From contig MHOE01000006.1 of the NCBI GenBank assembly GCA_001819985.1, positions 25,934 through 82,692 on the forward strand: a stretch of 56,759 nucleotides of DNA, read 5' to 3'. Positions 44,893 to 54,500 of the stretch are shown here, one piece after another. The position numbers and the translations under genes are program-made. This DNA comes from Candidatus Spechtbacteria bacterium RIFCSPHIGHO2_02_FULL_43_15b (GTDB lineage: Bacteria > Patescibacteriota > Minisyncoccia > Spechtbacterales > HO2-43-30). The notes under the pieces are model-generated. The model saw only the letters and a program-made list of their open reading frames with translations, did no database searches and was not told the origin of the DNA. Position 1 is the first letter of the stretch. Each line of letters opens with the position of its first letter.

Positions 44893-46410
44893 ATGAGTAA
44901 TAAATTCTACATAACAACCGCAATAGATTATGTGAACGGGAATCCGCACATAGGCCACGCGTTTGAAAAAATTTTTGCGGATGTGCTCGCAAGATATCAT
45001 AGAGATACGGGAGATAATGTTTTTTTTCTGACGGGAACGGATGAGCACGGAGTTAAAAATGTAAAATCGGCGGAGGCGGCAGGTATTCCAGTTCGAGAGT
45101 TTACGAAAAAAAATAGTGACAAGTTCAAAGAGCTTGCCAAGACGCTTAACATCTCAAACGATTTCTTCATACGCACGACAGACAAAGAAATCCACTGGCC
45201 GGCGGTGGAAAAAATGTGGAGGGTTCTCGATAAAGCAGGGGACATTTACAAGAAAAAATATCAGGGACTCTACTGCGTCGGCCATGAAGCGTTTGTAACA
45301 AGGAAAGATTTGACCGATGGGAAATGCGCGCTCCATAAAAAAGCGCCGGATATGGTGGAAGAGGAAAATTATTTTTTTCGGCTGTCCAAGTACACCCCAA
45401 AAATAAAAGAAGCCGTGACAAGCAAAAAGTTAAGAATAGTCCCGGATTCATCGTTAAATGAGCTTATGAATCTTTTGGAAGATGGCTTGGAAGATGTAAG
45501 CTTTTCAAGGCCAAGCAAGGACTTGAAGTGGGGAGTGCCTGTCCCGGGAGACCCATCGCAGACAATTTATGTATGGTGTGACGCCCTGGTGAACTATATA
45601 TCGGCAATCGGCTACGGTTCGGAAGATTCCGGATCAAAAACCTCAAATTTCAATAAATTTTGGCCGGCAGATCTGCAGGTTATAGGAAAGGATATACTAA
45701 GATTCCATGCCGCGATATGGCCCGGTATGCTTATGTCGGCAGGACTTGCTCTGCCAAAAGTATTGTTCGCGCACGGATTTATAAGTGTTGGCGGTGAAAA
45801 GATATCAAAATCCGTAGGCAATGTCATTGACCCGTTTGAGCTAATTGAAAAGTACGCGCGTCTAGGCCCCTCCGAATTAATAGCCGATGCAATGCGCTAT
45901 TATCTTCTTCGCGAAATTCCTTCAACGCGCGACGGCGATTTTACCATTGAGAGATTTGAAGAGAGATATAACGCGGATCTCGCAAGCGGGCTTGGAAATT
46001 TCGTATCGCGAGTTGTGACTGTCGGCGCGAAGTGCATATCTGGTGAGTTTGACGGCGCGGAGTCGGAAGATGTTAAACGGCAAATCAAAAAAGTTTGGGC
46101 TGAGTATAGAGAATTTGTTGAAAGTTTTAGATTCGATGAAGCGCTCCAAGCCGTATGGGGTCTTATAAGCTACGGAGATAAATTCGTGGACAGCGAGAAG
46201 ATCTGGGAGCTCGCGAAAAGCGATCCCAAAAGATTTCAGAGCGATATTTTTGAATTGTGCGTTATTTTGGCGAATGTCGCGAAAATGCTTGGGCCATTTC
46301 TTCCGAGGACTTCCGAAAAGATATTTGACCAGCTGGGAGCAAAGCCGAGCGGCGATAATTGGAAATTTCAATTAAAAAAAGGCGAAGCGATGTTTCCGCG
46401 AATAAAATAA
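44893..46410 (+). CDS. metG: Methionyl-tRNA synthetase (minimal form)
   Basis: HIGH is NGNPHIGHAFE and KMSKS is KISKSVGN. The anticodon-binding helical domain is present. There is no C-terminal EMAP/Trbp111 extension. Confidence 0.95.
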   Translation: MSNKFYITTAIDYVNGNPHIGHAFEKIFADVLARYHRDTGDNVFFLTGTDEHGVKNVKSAEAAGIPVREFTKKNSDKFKELAKTLNISNDFFIRTTDKEIHWPAVEKMWRVLDKAGDIYKKKYQGLYCVGHEAFVTRKDLTDGKCALHKKAPDMVEEENYFFRLSKYTPKIKEAVTSKKLRIVPDSSLNELMNLLEDGLEDVSFSRPSKDLKWGVPVPGDPSQTIYVWCDALVNYISAIGYGSEDSGSKTSNFNKFWPADLQVIGKDILRFHAAIWPGMLMSAGLALPKVLFAHGFISVGGEKISKSVGNVIDPFELIEKYARLGPSELIADAMRYYLLREIPSTRDGDFTIERFEERYNADLASGLGNFVSRVVTVGAKCISGEFDGAESEDVKRQIKKVWAEYREFVESFRFDEALQAVWGLISYGDKFVDSEKIWELAKSDPKRFQSDIFELCVILANVAKMLGPFLPRTSEKIFDQLGAKPSGDNWKFQLKKGEAMFPRIK

Positions 46411-46411
46411 C

Positions 46412-47305
46412 ATGAGTGAAGAAAAAATTCGTTTCATAGATACACACGGTCATGTTAACTTCAGCGCGTTCAAAGACGACGGTTTTAATGTCATAGAAAG
46501 GGCGCTTACCGGAGGCGTGGGGGTAATAATGCCGGGGTCGCAAATAGACACATCGCGAAGAGCTGTTGAATACGCGGAGAAGTTGAATCATCCATATATC
46601 CGCGCGGCAGTAGGGCTTCATCCGATACACCTCGAAGATATAGAAGTGGATAGTGACGAAGTCGAGAATCAGCCGAAATTTCATACAAGAAAAGAGGAGT
46701 TCAGAGAAGCGTCCTATGAGGATTTAATAAAATCTTCAGACAAAATAGTCGCGATTGGAGAAGTGGGCCTCGACTACTGGCGGTTGTCTAAAGACGAAAA
46801 GGAAAGCTCTGTTTATAAGGCAAGGCAAATCGATGTCTTAAATAGCCAGTTAGAGTTGGCGAGCCAATATGGTTTGCCAGCTATTTTACACTGCAGAAAA
46901 GCGCACGACGATCTTTTATCGGTGCTGGAAGACGCCGATATCATAAAAGAAGTGTTTCCTCCTGGAGTGATACATTGCTATACCGGAGGCAAAAAACAGT
47001 TGAAAGCGTTTCTTTCGCTAGGTTTTTATATTGGGTATAACGGTATTATTTTCAAAATGAATCTGGACGATGTGATAAAAGCGACTCCCCTTGATAGAAT
47101 TTTACTCGAGACGGATTCGCCGTATCTTACGCCTCCATTTTTGGGCAATGCCAGAAACGAGCCGATGAATGTGAAATATGTGGCGGAAAAAATTGCGGAA
47201 ATTAAGGGAGTTTTAGTTGAGGAAGTGGCGAATCAAACGACGGATAACGCGGCGAAAGTATTTAAGCTAAACGCAAAGCCGCTTCACTTATCCACATCCG
47301 GATAA
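46412..47305 (+). CDS. TatD-family metal-dependent hydrolase/DNase
   Basis: It has FIDTHGHVNF, GEVGLDY, ILHCRKAHDD and ETDSPYLTP. Confidence 0.85.
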   Translation: MSEEKIRFIDTHGHVNFSAFKDDGFNVIERALTGGVGVIMPGSQIDTSRRAVEYAEKLNHPYIRAAVGLHPIHLEDIEVDSDEVENQPKFHTRKEEFREASYEDLIKSSDKIVAIGEVGLDYWRLSKDEKESSVYKARQIDVLNSQLELASQYGLPAILHCRKAHDDLLSVLEDADIIKEVFPPGVIHCYTGGKKQLKAFLSLGFYIGYNGIIFKMNLDDVIKATPLDRILLETDSPYLTPPFLGNARNEPMNVKYVAEKIAEIKGVLVEEVANQTTDNAAKVFKLNAKPLHLSTSG

Positions 47306-47353
47306 CCATTTTTTATGGGATAATAAAAAATAAACGGGTTTATATTTCTAAGG

Positions 47354-49936
47354 GTGAAGAAAAAAATAAAGAAAAATATCAGGAACCTCAAACCTAGCGG
47401 ATTTTTTTTACTGGCGATTGGATTAATATGCGTGTCGATAACGCTGTTTTATGTTTTAGAGATAAAATCTATCGGCGCGGCGGCAGGGTCGCAACTTACG
47501 CAGTTTTCAGTTCAAAACAGCAGTATAAACGCGTGGGTGATGCGGGGACAGATATGCACAGCGACAGCCACGCTTAAGGATCTGTTTGGAAATACGATAC
47601 CAAACGAAGGGCCTGTAGAATTGCAGTTTAAAGTCGGTTCTAGCTGGTTCTTTGAGGGGGCTAAAGACAATCTGACAGATGCGTCCGGATTTGCGCAAAT
47701 TCCGTGGAATGTGGATTCGGGAAATATTAATGCGGATTATAGAGTGCGGTTCCCCGGGTCGGTCAACTGGAATCCGAGCCAAAGCAATGTCATAGCTATC
47801 AGCATTGATGACACCTTGCCGACAAATGTCGCGATTTCCCATACCGGAGGGCAAAATCCGCCTCCGGGTAATGTGACCATCAGCTTAACCGCTCAAGATC
47901 AGCAATCAGGAATTCGATCGCTTTTAATACTTTCGAGCGTTAACGGAAATCCTTTTAATGGAATTCAAACTTGTTCATTCAGTTCTCCGTTTCCGACAAC
48001 CACGCAAACTTGTAATGCAACAAAAACATACAATAACGGCGATCATGTGGAATACTATGGCGTAGTATTTTCCGGCGCGGATTGTAGTTCTACGGGCGTA
48101 AGCACTTTAGTGGGAGTCGCTGTGCCAGCGGCTAATATTTTTAATGTAGGCGGTACCGCAATTACTCTAAACCTTAAGGGTTATCAGGGAAGCTCTTTTC
48201 CTTCCTGCTCCTCTTCTTCGTTTAGTGATCCAGTTAGCGCGAGTTCGGGCCAAGATATAAATTTTTGCTATAGCTATACGGGAGTAACTCCCGGAGTAAG
48301 CTCTACTATTAGAATAGATTGCAATAACGATTCTACATACGACAATAGCGTCACCCACACGCCATCATCGGCGAGCGGTAGTACGCAGGTTTGGGCACCT
48401 GTTTTTTGCAGTGGACAATTTACTTCGGGAAATTATATTGTGGGGGGTAAAATCGAGCAGGGAGCAAATTCCGCGCAGGACACAGTTAATATAAATGTAT
48501 CGGCGCCGGCATCTTTTAACCTCGCGCTTAGCGGAAATCCTATATCCAGCATATCGCCCGGGACTGCCGTAAGTTTTACCTTCAATGTCACGGGCGCATC
48601 GGCCGGAGCTTTAGCGTACGAGATAGATTGCGATTACACCGGAACTTTTTCCGCGAATACTACAGTAAGTTCTCCAAACAATCCTCATACGCTCAACTCA
48701 TTATGTGGAGGCGTGTATAGCACGGGAGGCGCGACATATACCGCGGCGGGTCGCGCGAGCCAGGGGTCGAATAGCGATACGGAGTTTGTGACAATAACCA
48801 CAAGCGGCTCGACGCCTAAACCGACGGCAAATTTTCAGATAACAAACGCGTCGAATAATCCTATAACATCCGTGACTGTGGGAACTCCGGCAAAATTTTG
48901 GGATTCGTCTACGGCTTCTTCCGGGCAAACCTTGATTTCCTGGATTTGGAATTTCGGTTCGGGCGCTTCCCCGAGTTCAGCGAGTGGCGCGGGACCTCAT
49001 AATGTGACTTACGGCAATCCCGGGACAAAAACAATAACGCTTACGGTATCCCAAAGTAATGGCGCGGCCGATACGATATCAAAAATATTAACCGTTTCAG
49101 CCGGATCAACCTTTTCAATAACGGCGACGCCGGTTCCCGCGTCCGGAGCCGCGGGGATGAATGTAGCATTTAATCTTCAGGCATTCAATGAAACCGGCCC
49201 GATAAATTTTTCCGCGGATTGTAACGCAGATGGCACAATAAACAATATCCTATCAAACACTTCAGGCCCATGGCCTAAATCGTGGGTTGGCCCATGCAAC
49301 TCATTCTATACATCCGCGGGCATATATGCAGGAATTATGCGCGCTATCGACATTAATAGCGGCGATACAGCCCAAGCGCCAATAACGGTTGTGGTAACCG
49401 GAGTTTCCGCGGCGGATTTTTCGTTTTCCGTAAACGATTTTACGGTTAGCTTTAACGGTTCGGCTTCAGGCGGTTCGCCGCCATATACCGAATGGTGCTG
49501 GAATTTCGGAGACGGTACGCCTGTTCAATGCGGGATAACTTCGAATCCTTCTCATGTGTATAATACCGGAGGCGGCGCGGGAACATTCACAGTAACGCTA
49601 ACGGTTAAAGATTCAAATAATGTGACGAGCGCGCCTGTTTCAAAGAGCGTTTCTGTGGGACCTCCTATTTCATTGTTCAGCATTTCTTTCCTAAATCCAA
49701 TAAACGCGACAAATATAAGCGAGCTTGTTGATGCGATTATAAATTTCTTCGCTTTAATAGTTATTCCTATAGGGGTCGGGCTTATAGTATATGCGGCGTT
49801 GAAGTACATAATATCAGGGGCGCTTCCCGAAGAACGGCAAAAATCCATAAAAACCATACAATACGCGTTAATGGGTATAGTCGTGGTGCTTATGGCGAAA
49901 GTCGCGATAAACATTCTCGAATTTTTGTTATCGTAA
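47354..49936 (+). CDS. Large surface protein: N-terminal TM/signal, Ig-like and PKD repeats, C-terminal two-helix pilin-like module
   Basis: It uses a GTG start. PKD signatures are WIWNFGSGAS...TITLTV and WCWNFGDGTP...TVTLTVKD. The repeats are rich in S, T, G and N. The C-terminus is NISELVDAIINFFALIVIPIGVGLIVYAALKYIISG...QYALMGIVVVLMA. Confidence 0.6.
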   Translation: MKKKIKKNIRNLKPSGFFLLAIGLICVSITLFYVLEIKSIGAAAGSQLTQFSVQNSSINAWVMRGQICTATATLKDLFGNTIPNEGPVELQFKVGSSWFFEGAKDNLTDASGFAQIPWNVDSGNINADYRVRFPGSVNWNPSQSNVIAISIDDTLPTNVAISHTGGQNPPPGNVTISLTAQDQQSGIRSLLILSSVNGNPFNGIQTCSFSSPFPTTTQTCNATKTYNNGDHVEYYGVVFSGADCSSTGVSTLVGVAVPAANIFNVGGTAITLNLKGYQGSSFPSCSSSSFSDPVSASSGQDINFCYSYTGVTPGVSSTIRIDCNNDSTYDNSVTHTPSSASGSTQVWAPVFCSGQFTSGNYIVGGKIEQGANSAQDTVNINVSAPASFNLALSGNPISSISPGTAVSFTFNVTGASAGALAYEIDCDYTGTFSANTTVSSPNNPHTLNSLCGGVYSTGGATYTAAGRASQGSNSDTEFVTITTSGSTPKPTANFQITNASNNPITSVTVGTPAKFWDSSTASSGQTLISWIWNFGSGASPSSASGAGPHNVTYGNPGTKTITLTVSQSNGAADTISKILTVSAGSTFSITATPVPASGAAGMNVAFNLQAFNETGPINFSADCNADGTINNILSNTSGPWPKSWVGPCNSFYTSAGIYAGIMRAIDINSGDTAQAPITVVVTGVSAADFSFSVNDFTVSFNGSASGGSPPYTEWCWNFGDGTPVQCGITSNPSHVYNTGGGAGTFTVTLTVKDSNNVTSAPVSKSVSVGPPISLFSISFLNPINATNISELVDAIINFFALIVIPIGVGLIVYAALKYIISGALPEERQKSIKTIQYALMGIVVVLMAKVAINILEFLLS

Positions 49937-49969
49937 TTTTGGGCCTGAATTTATACTTATTTTTATTTT

Positions 49970-51715
49970 ATGAGCTTTAGGATATCAAATATTGCAATAT
50001 TCATTTTTATTGTCGCCGGAAGTTTTTTAGTGTCTGGAGGTTTTGTTTTTGCGGCATCTCCGCAGTATGCCTGCAATACAACAGAATACACATCATGCGC
50101 GAAGACCACAATATTAAGTTCAATCAACCAGTGTTCGGCAAGCAATATCGCGAGCGCGTGCGCGCTTAATCCAAGTTCCGGCACTTTTTTTCAAACAAAT
50201 TGCGTTGATTGTTCCGTTGCCGGATCCGAATTCGGCTGTTATCCGTTTATAACTCCGCCAATTTGCAAGGATATAACAAAGCCAAGCGTTACGGTTGATT
50301 ACACTCAAAATTCGGAGGATACCGTGACAATTACATCAGCCGCTTTTGATTCGGGAAGCGGCATGGGCGAGATCACGGTGTTCATAGACCTCAACAGGAA
50401 CGATTTTTTCGCAGACCCGGGAGAAACTAAAAAATGCTTTAATGTCAATTCGTGCAGTTTTCCGATAAACGGACTAAGCGCGGGGCAAAGTTACCAATAT
50501 TACGCGACAGCCAAAGATAAAAGCGATAACGGATCGAATACCCTTCCGGTGAAAACCTTTACAGTACAAGCTCAAGGCATAGGCTTTACCGTTGGTCCGA
50601 TAAAACAGAAATCCGTAACAGAGGGCGTTGCCACGAATTTTACGGCAGATGTTGTGGTTGCCGGAAGTTTTGATGTTGTTTCTTGCGTTTTGGTTGTAGA
50701 TACCGCTACTGCGGGATCTATGGTAAATCAAAGCGCGGGTGGGGCGTTTTTTTCTTCGGCTGGCGGGCAATGCAGTCCGGGTAGCACATGCATAGCGAAA
50801 TACGCGACAGGATACACATTTATTGCCGGAAGCGCGGGACAGCATACTGTTTCAGCTCGTTGCGCGGATTCCAATAGCAATATTGACGAGGATCCGACAA
50901 CCGTCATGGTTCAAGAAGCGGCTGTATGTGATCCGAGCCCGTTCGATCCCGTGTTTGGAGTGGGTTGCGATGATTCGCCCGGAGGATGTTGCAATGGAAC
51001 ATCTTGCGTTGACGACGAGAGTTGCTTTAGTGGATTTTGTGACAGTATATGCAAAAATCCGCTAAAAGCAAATGGAGAGGCCTGTTCATCGGGAAATGAA
51101 TGTCAAAGCGGCGTTTGTTCAAGTAATATCTGTAGCGCCCCTCCTTTAGGATTTGCTCCGGAAGTCGATTTTTTATGTTCATTCGCGGGCGATGGAGTAA
51201 CGGCGACATTTATTCCGAAATGGAACGGCGGAGGTTCTCCCGTGTACTACGGCTGGAAGTTTGGAGACGGGGCTTCTTTACCAAATGCTCCGATGACCAA
51301 TCCTCCTAACCCCGATCCTGTAACTCATAGATACGAGCATTCGGATAGATATACAGTAACTCTGACAGCCATAGATATCGCGGGCAGGAGCGGCCAAGCC
51401 AGTCATGTATGCGACTCTCTTTTTGAAGACAATACGCCAAATCCTTCTTTGTCCGTGTTTAAAAATTTATTGCCGCCTCTTGTCATAACAAATATTTCAG
51501 ATCTGCTTAACACTTTCATCACTTTTATATTGTTTATCGCGACTCCCATTCTGGCCCTCCTTATAATTTATTCCGGCGTAACGCTTATGGTTAGCGGGTC
51601 ATCTCCACAGAACAAGCTCAACGCAATGCGTATTTTGCAGTACGGAATCATAGGATACGGTATAATCCTTCTCTCAAAAGTTCTTCTCGGAGTTATAACG
51701 GGGATACTGTTTTAG
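49970..51715 (+). CDS. Large surface protein: signal peptide, Ig-like region, Cys-rich module, PKD domain, C-terminal two-helix pilin-like module
   Basis: The signal peptide ends ...GGFVFAAS. The PKD signature is YYGWKFGDGAS...YTVTLTAID. The C-terminus NISDLLNTFITFILFIATPILALLIIYSGVTLMVSG...QYGIIGYGIILLS is paralogous to the previous gene. Confidence 0.6.
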   Translation: MSFRISNIAIFIFIVAGSFLVSGGFVFAASPQYACNTTEYTSCAKTTILSSINQCSASNIASACALNPSSGTFFQTNCVDCSVAGSEFGCYPFITPPICKDITKPSVTVDYTQNSEDTVTITSAAFDSGSGMGEITVFIDLNRNDFFADPGETKKCFNVNSCSFPINGLSAGQSYQYYATAKDKSDNGSNTLPVKTFTVQAQGIGFTVGPIKQKSVTEGVATNFTADVVVAGSFDVVSCVLVVDTATAGSMVNQSAGGAFFSSAGGQCSPGSTCIAKYATGYTFIAGSAGQHTVSARCADSNSNIDEDPTTVMVQEAAVCDPSPFDPVFGVGCDDSPGGCCNGTSCVDDESCFSGFCDSICKNPLKANGEACSSGNECQSGVCSSNICSAPPLGFAPEVDFLCSFAGDGVTATFIPKWNGGGSPVYYGWKFGDGASLPNAPMTNPPNPDPVTHRYEHSDRYTVTLTAIDIAGRSGQASHVCDSLFEDNTPNPSLSVFKNLLPPLVITNISDLLNTFITFILFIATPILALLIIYSGVTLMVSGSSPQNKLNAMRILQYGIIGYGIILLSKVLLGVITGILF

Positions 51716-51753
51716 CGGCCAGGACGCTATAGCTTGAATTCAAAATAAACAAA

Positions 51754-51774
51754 ATAAGCCGCTTTGCGGCTTAT
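51754..51774. terminator. Bidirectional terminator hairpin between convergent genes
   Basis: The 9-bp stem ATAAGCCGC-ttt-GCGGCTTAT is flanked by an A-run and a T-run. The right arm overlaps the stop codon of the minus-strand gene. Confidence 0.6.
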
Positions 51775-53006
51775 TTGTAATCTATAATATACTTTTTAGT
51801 TTCCTCGATCAGTTTTTCCAGCCAATCGAGCGGCGGTTTTCCGGTGCCATGCGTTTCCCCATAAGTTTTTATGTAATCTCTGACAAGAAACAGATGTTCG
51901 ATGCGCCAATCTACAAATGCTTGGATAAGCGAGTTATGCGCTCGTAAAAGCGCGCTATTGTCTCCATGCTCGAGGACATACCGTCTTATATTTGAGTCGG
52001 AGATAATGTCGAGCAACTCTTGGTGTTTGGCCGACATATGCAGACGCATTCTGGGAAAATATGCGTCAGTCGAATGCGTTATGTCCATTATCATAAGACG
52101 GAAATGCCGCGAAGGGCTTTGTCCGCCGGTCTCCCCTAGAATTTCCATAGGTTTTCCTTCGAGTTCCGCAACATTCTCGAATATGATTTTTTTTGGTAAT
52201 GTATAGAACAGACGCACTTGGTCAAAATAGGTTTTATAGTCGCATTTTTCGCGCATTCTTTGGAGTATATCCACGGCCCTGTTTTCTGTTCGCGCGGCAG
52301 TTTGAAGGAGCGGAGTAATCATTTCTGGCGCGGGGTCGTGTTTAGCGAGGAAGTAGGCCTTTAGCAAGGCCTCTATGCCCGTTGCCACAGTAGCTTCTAT
52401 CACCTGGTGTATCCAAACAAACCATTTTTCATCAACCGTTCCGGTGAAAGAATATGGCATTTCAACATTGGCTAGAGTGAGGGGCTTTAGAGGATTTTTC
52501 TTCTTCCAGTTCCATAGTGCGTATAATGAATAGGACATACTGGGCTGAATTCCCGTGGCTTTGCTAAGTTCCCACATTGGTATCGCGATGGCGGAGCATA
52601 ATGTCTTTGGCTCATCATCTTTCATCAGTTCAGACACATTTTTGTAGGGGTATTTTTCCTTAAGATACGCGTGCATGATCATTGCCAGCCGCAACATAAA
52701 AGCGTGTTGAAAGTTTCTCGACAGATTTCCGTAATCAAGGGAAGTCGGGGATGGCGGATTTGCCAGGTTATCATTTACAAAATGTTCAACTTCACGGTGA
52801 GTTATTATCCATACTATATTCCTGGATAGGGTTTCGAGATTATAAAAATAACTAGCGTATCTGTTAGAAGAAACGGAATTTTCCCGTAATTCTTGAAGCA
52901 AATCAGTAGGTGGAGACAGGAATCCTTCGGTACCGGACACGAAATGATTCCGCATAAGTTGGCGCGTTTGTTCGCCAGCTTTCCTTGCGAGTTCGGCGTT
53001 TTTCAT
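51771..53006 (-). CDS. Indoleamine 2,3-dioxygenase (IDO) family heme dioxygenase
   Basis: Several blocks match my recollection of human IDO1: ALWNWKKKNPLKPLTLANV..SF (IDO1 LANWKKKDPNKPLTYENM..SF), GETGGQSP (GGSAGQSS), MRLHMSAKHQELL (MRRYMPPAHRNFL), WRIEHLFLV (RSYHLQIV, proximal His) and GTGKPPLDWLEK (GTGGTDLMNFLK). The start is set at the second Met, with GGAGG 4 nt upstream. Confidence 0.8.
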   Translation of the reverse strand: MKNAELARKAGEQTRQLMRNHFVSGTEGFLSPPTDLLQELRENSVSSNRYASYFYNLETLSRNIVWIITHREVEHFVNDNLANPPSPTSLDYGNLSRNFQHAFMLRLAMIMHAYLKEKYPYKNVSELMKDDEPKTLCSAIAIPMWELSKATGIQPSMSYSLYALWNWKKKNPLKPLTLANVEMPYSFTGTVDEKWFVWIHQVIEATVATGIEALLKAYFLAKHDPAPEMITPLLQTAARTENRAVDILQRMREKCDYKTYFDQVRLFYTLPKKIIFENVAELEGKPMEILGETGGQSPSRHFRLMIMDITHSTDAYFPRMRLHMSAKHQELLDIISDSNIRRYVLEHGDNSALLRAHNSLIQAFVDWRIEHLFLVRDYIKTYGETHGTGKPPLDWLEKLIEETKKYIIDYK

Positions 53007-53092
53007 TTGACCTCCAGATTGGATTTTCAAAGTGCAAATTTTTGTACTTTATCATACAACATTTTTTCCAATAAGGCAATCTCGAGTGAAAT

Positions 53093-53119
53093 AAAAACTC
53101 CTATCGTGATTGGAGTTTT
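53093..53119 (-). terminator. Rho-independent terminator
   Basis: The hairpin AAAACTCC/GGAGTTTT has a 10-nt loop. On the minus strand it is followed by TTTTTATTT. It overlaps the stop of the 75-aa ORF. Confidence 0.55.
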
Positions 53120-53345
53120 ACAGATAGGAGCTGGATTTTTTTAGAATAATTTCCGCAAGTTTCCATTCAAGATCCGCGGCCAGTTTTTTAGCGGCCGGAT
53201 CCCATTCGGTTGTGGTGAACTTTAATCTTTCCGCCATAGTCAGCTTTCTGAATATGCGTGGGAAATTTTCTTCAAGATGCCTAATTATACGAGGCAGTAT
53301 GTAATTTGCGACATCGTTTAAGTCGTCGCTGGATAGGTTCGTCAT
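53118..53345 (-). CDS. Hypothetical small protein (75 aa)
   Basis: The ORF is packed between the ald-like gene and the terminator, with a 12-nt gap to the upstream gene. It is predicted helical. I recognised no family. Confidence 0.4.
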   Translation of the reverse strand: MTNLSSDDLNDVANYILPRIIRHLEENFPRIFRKLTMAERLKFTTTEWDPAAKKLAADLEWKLAEIILKKSSSYL

Positions 53346-53357
53346 TTAACCCCCCTT

Positions 53358-54500
53358 TTAAATGAGCTGTTCTAATGGAGAGTATTTAGCCCCTATGCTA
53401 TCGGCAAGTCCTTTGTGGGTTATCTTTCCGTTATACACATTTACGCCCGCGGCAAGCGCGGAGTTTTCACGAACCGCCCTTAGAAATCCATTTGCGGATA
53501 GTTCGGCAATGTACGAGAATGTTTCCGCTGTTAGAGCGTTAGTTGATTCGCGAGGCACAATTCCGGGCATATTAGGCACGCAATAATGCGTGACTCCGTA
53601 TTTTTCAAAAGTACGCACCGCTATGGAAGTGGGCATGGATGTTTCAAAGCACCCGCCTTGGTCTATGGATATGTCAACGACTACCGATCCGGGAGTCATT
53701 GACTGGATCATTTTCTTAGTAATCAGTTTCTGCTGGAGTTGTCCTGGAATATGGGTAGTGCCTATTAGAAGATCAATTCTTGGAAGTATCGAAGATATAG
53801 CCCGCGGGTTATACTGGATGCATTGAATTTTCGTGTAGTCGAAATGAGGGTGAAATATTTTTCTGAAGTTTTCGAGTTTTTCGGGATTCGAGTCAACCGC
53901 GAATAGGTTAGCCGGAACACCTTCGGGATTAAGGGGGTTTAGAATTTGTTTGGCGGCGGCAAGTCCAGCATTTCCAAGGCCAAGTATCATCACATTCGCG
54001 TGCGAGCCGAGGAGAATGCCTTTATTTTCCATGAGAATTCTTTTGCCTTCTTCACATCCCACTCTGCCCGCTATATTTGACATACTTTTTAGTATGGGGG
54101 TTAGGCCGTCCAATCCCACTGTTTCATAAGCGATTGCGGTAACTCCGCTTCGGATCAGAGCGTTTACAAGATTTCTGTTAGGCGCGAGATGAAAAAAGCA
54201 AAATATAAAAAGACCGCTTCTGAAGTATCGGAATTCTTCCGGCAACGGCTCCTTTACTTTAACTATCAGATCTGCTTCCGTCCAAACTTTATGGGCGGCG
54301 GCTATCTTAGCTCCGGAATCAATGTATTGCTTGTCTTTAAACCCGCTTCCTTGTCCGGCAGATTTTTCCACTAGAACGCTAAAACCCTTTCTTGAAAGTT
54401 CCGCCGCTCCTTTTTTTGACGGCTTCATTCCCACCCGCTTTTCACCCTGCTTTATTTCTTTAGGAACGCCTATTATTGTTTGCGTCGTTTGTTTTGTCAT
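53358..54500 (-). CDS. ald: Alanine dehydrogenase / AlaDH-PNT family NAD-dependent dehydrogenase
   Basis: It has IGVPKEIKQGEKRV, KVKEP, FFHLAP, AYETV, SMSNIAGR, LGLGNAG, VVDISIDQGGCFETS and HYCVPNMPG. The start is set at MTKQT, with GGAGG 4 nt upstream. Confidence 0.72.
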   Translation of the reverse strand: MTKQTTQTIIGVPKEIKQGEKRVGMKPSKKGAAELSRKGFSVLVEKSAGQGSGFKDKQYIDSGAKIAAAHKVWTEADLIVKVKEPLPEEFRYFRSGLFIFCFFHLAPNRNLVNALIRSGVTAIAYETVGLDGLTPILKSMSNIAGRVGCEEGKRILMENKGILLGSHANVMILGLGNAGLAAAKQILNPLNPEGVPANLFAVDSNPEKLENFRKIFHPHFDYTKIQCIQYNPRAISSILPRIDLLIGTTHIPGQLQQKLITKKMIQSMTPGSVVVDISIDQGGCFETSMPTSIAVRTFEKYGVTHYCVPNMPGIVPRESTNALTAETFSYIAELSANGFLRAVRENSALAAGVNVYNGKITHKGLADSIGAKYSPLEQLI

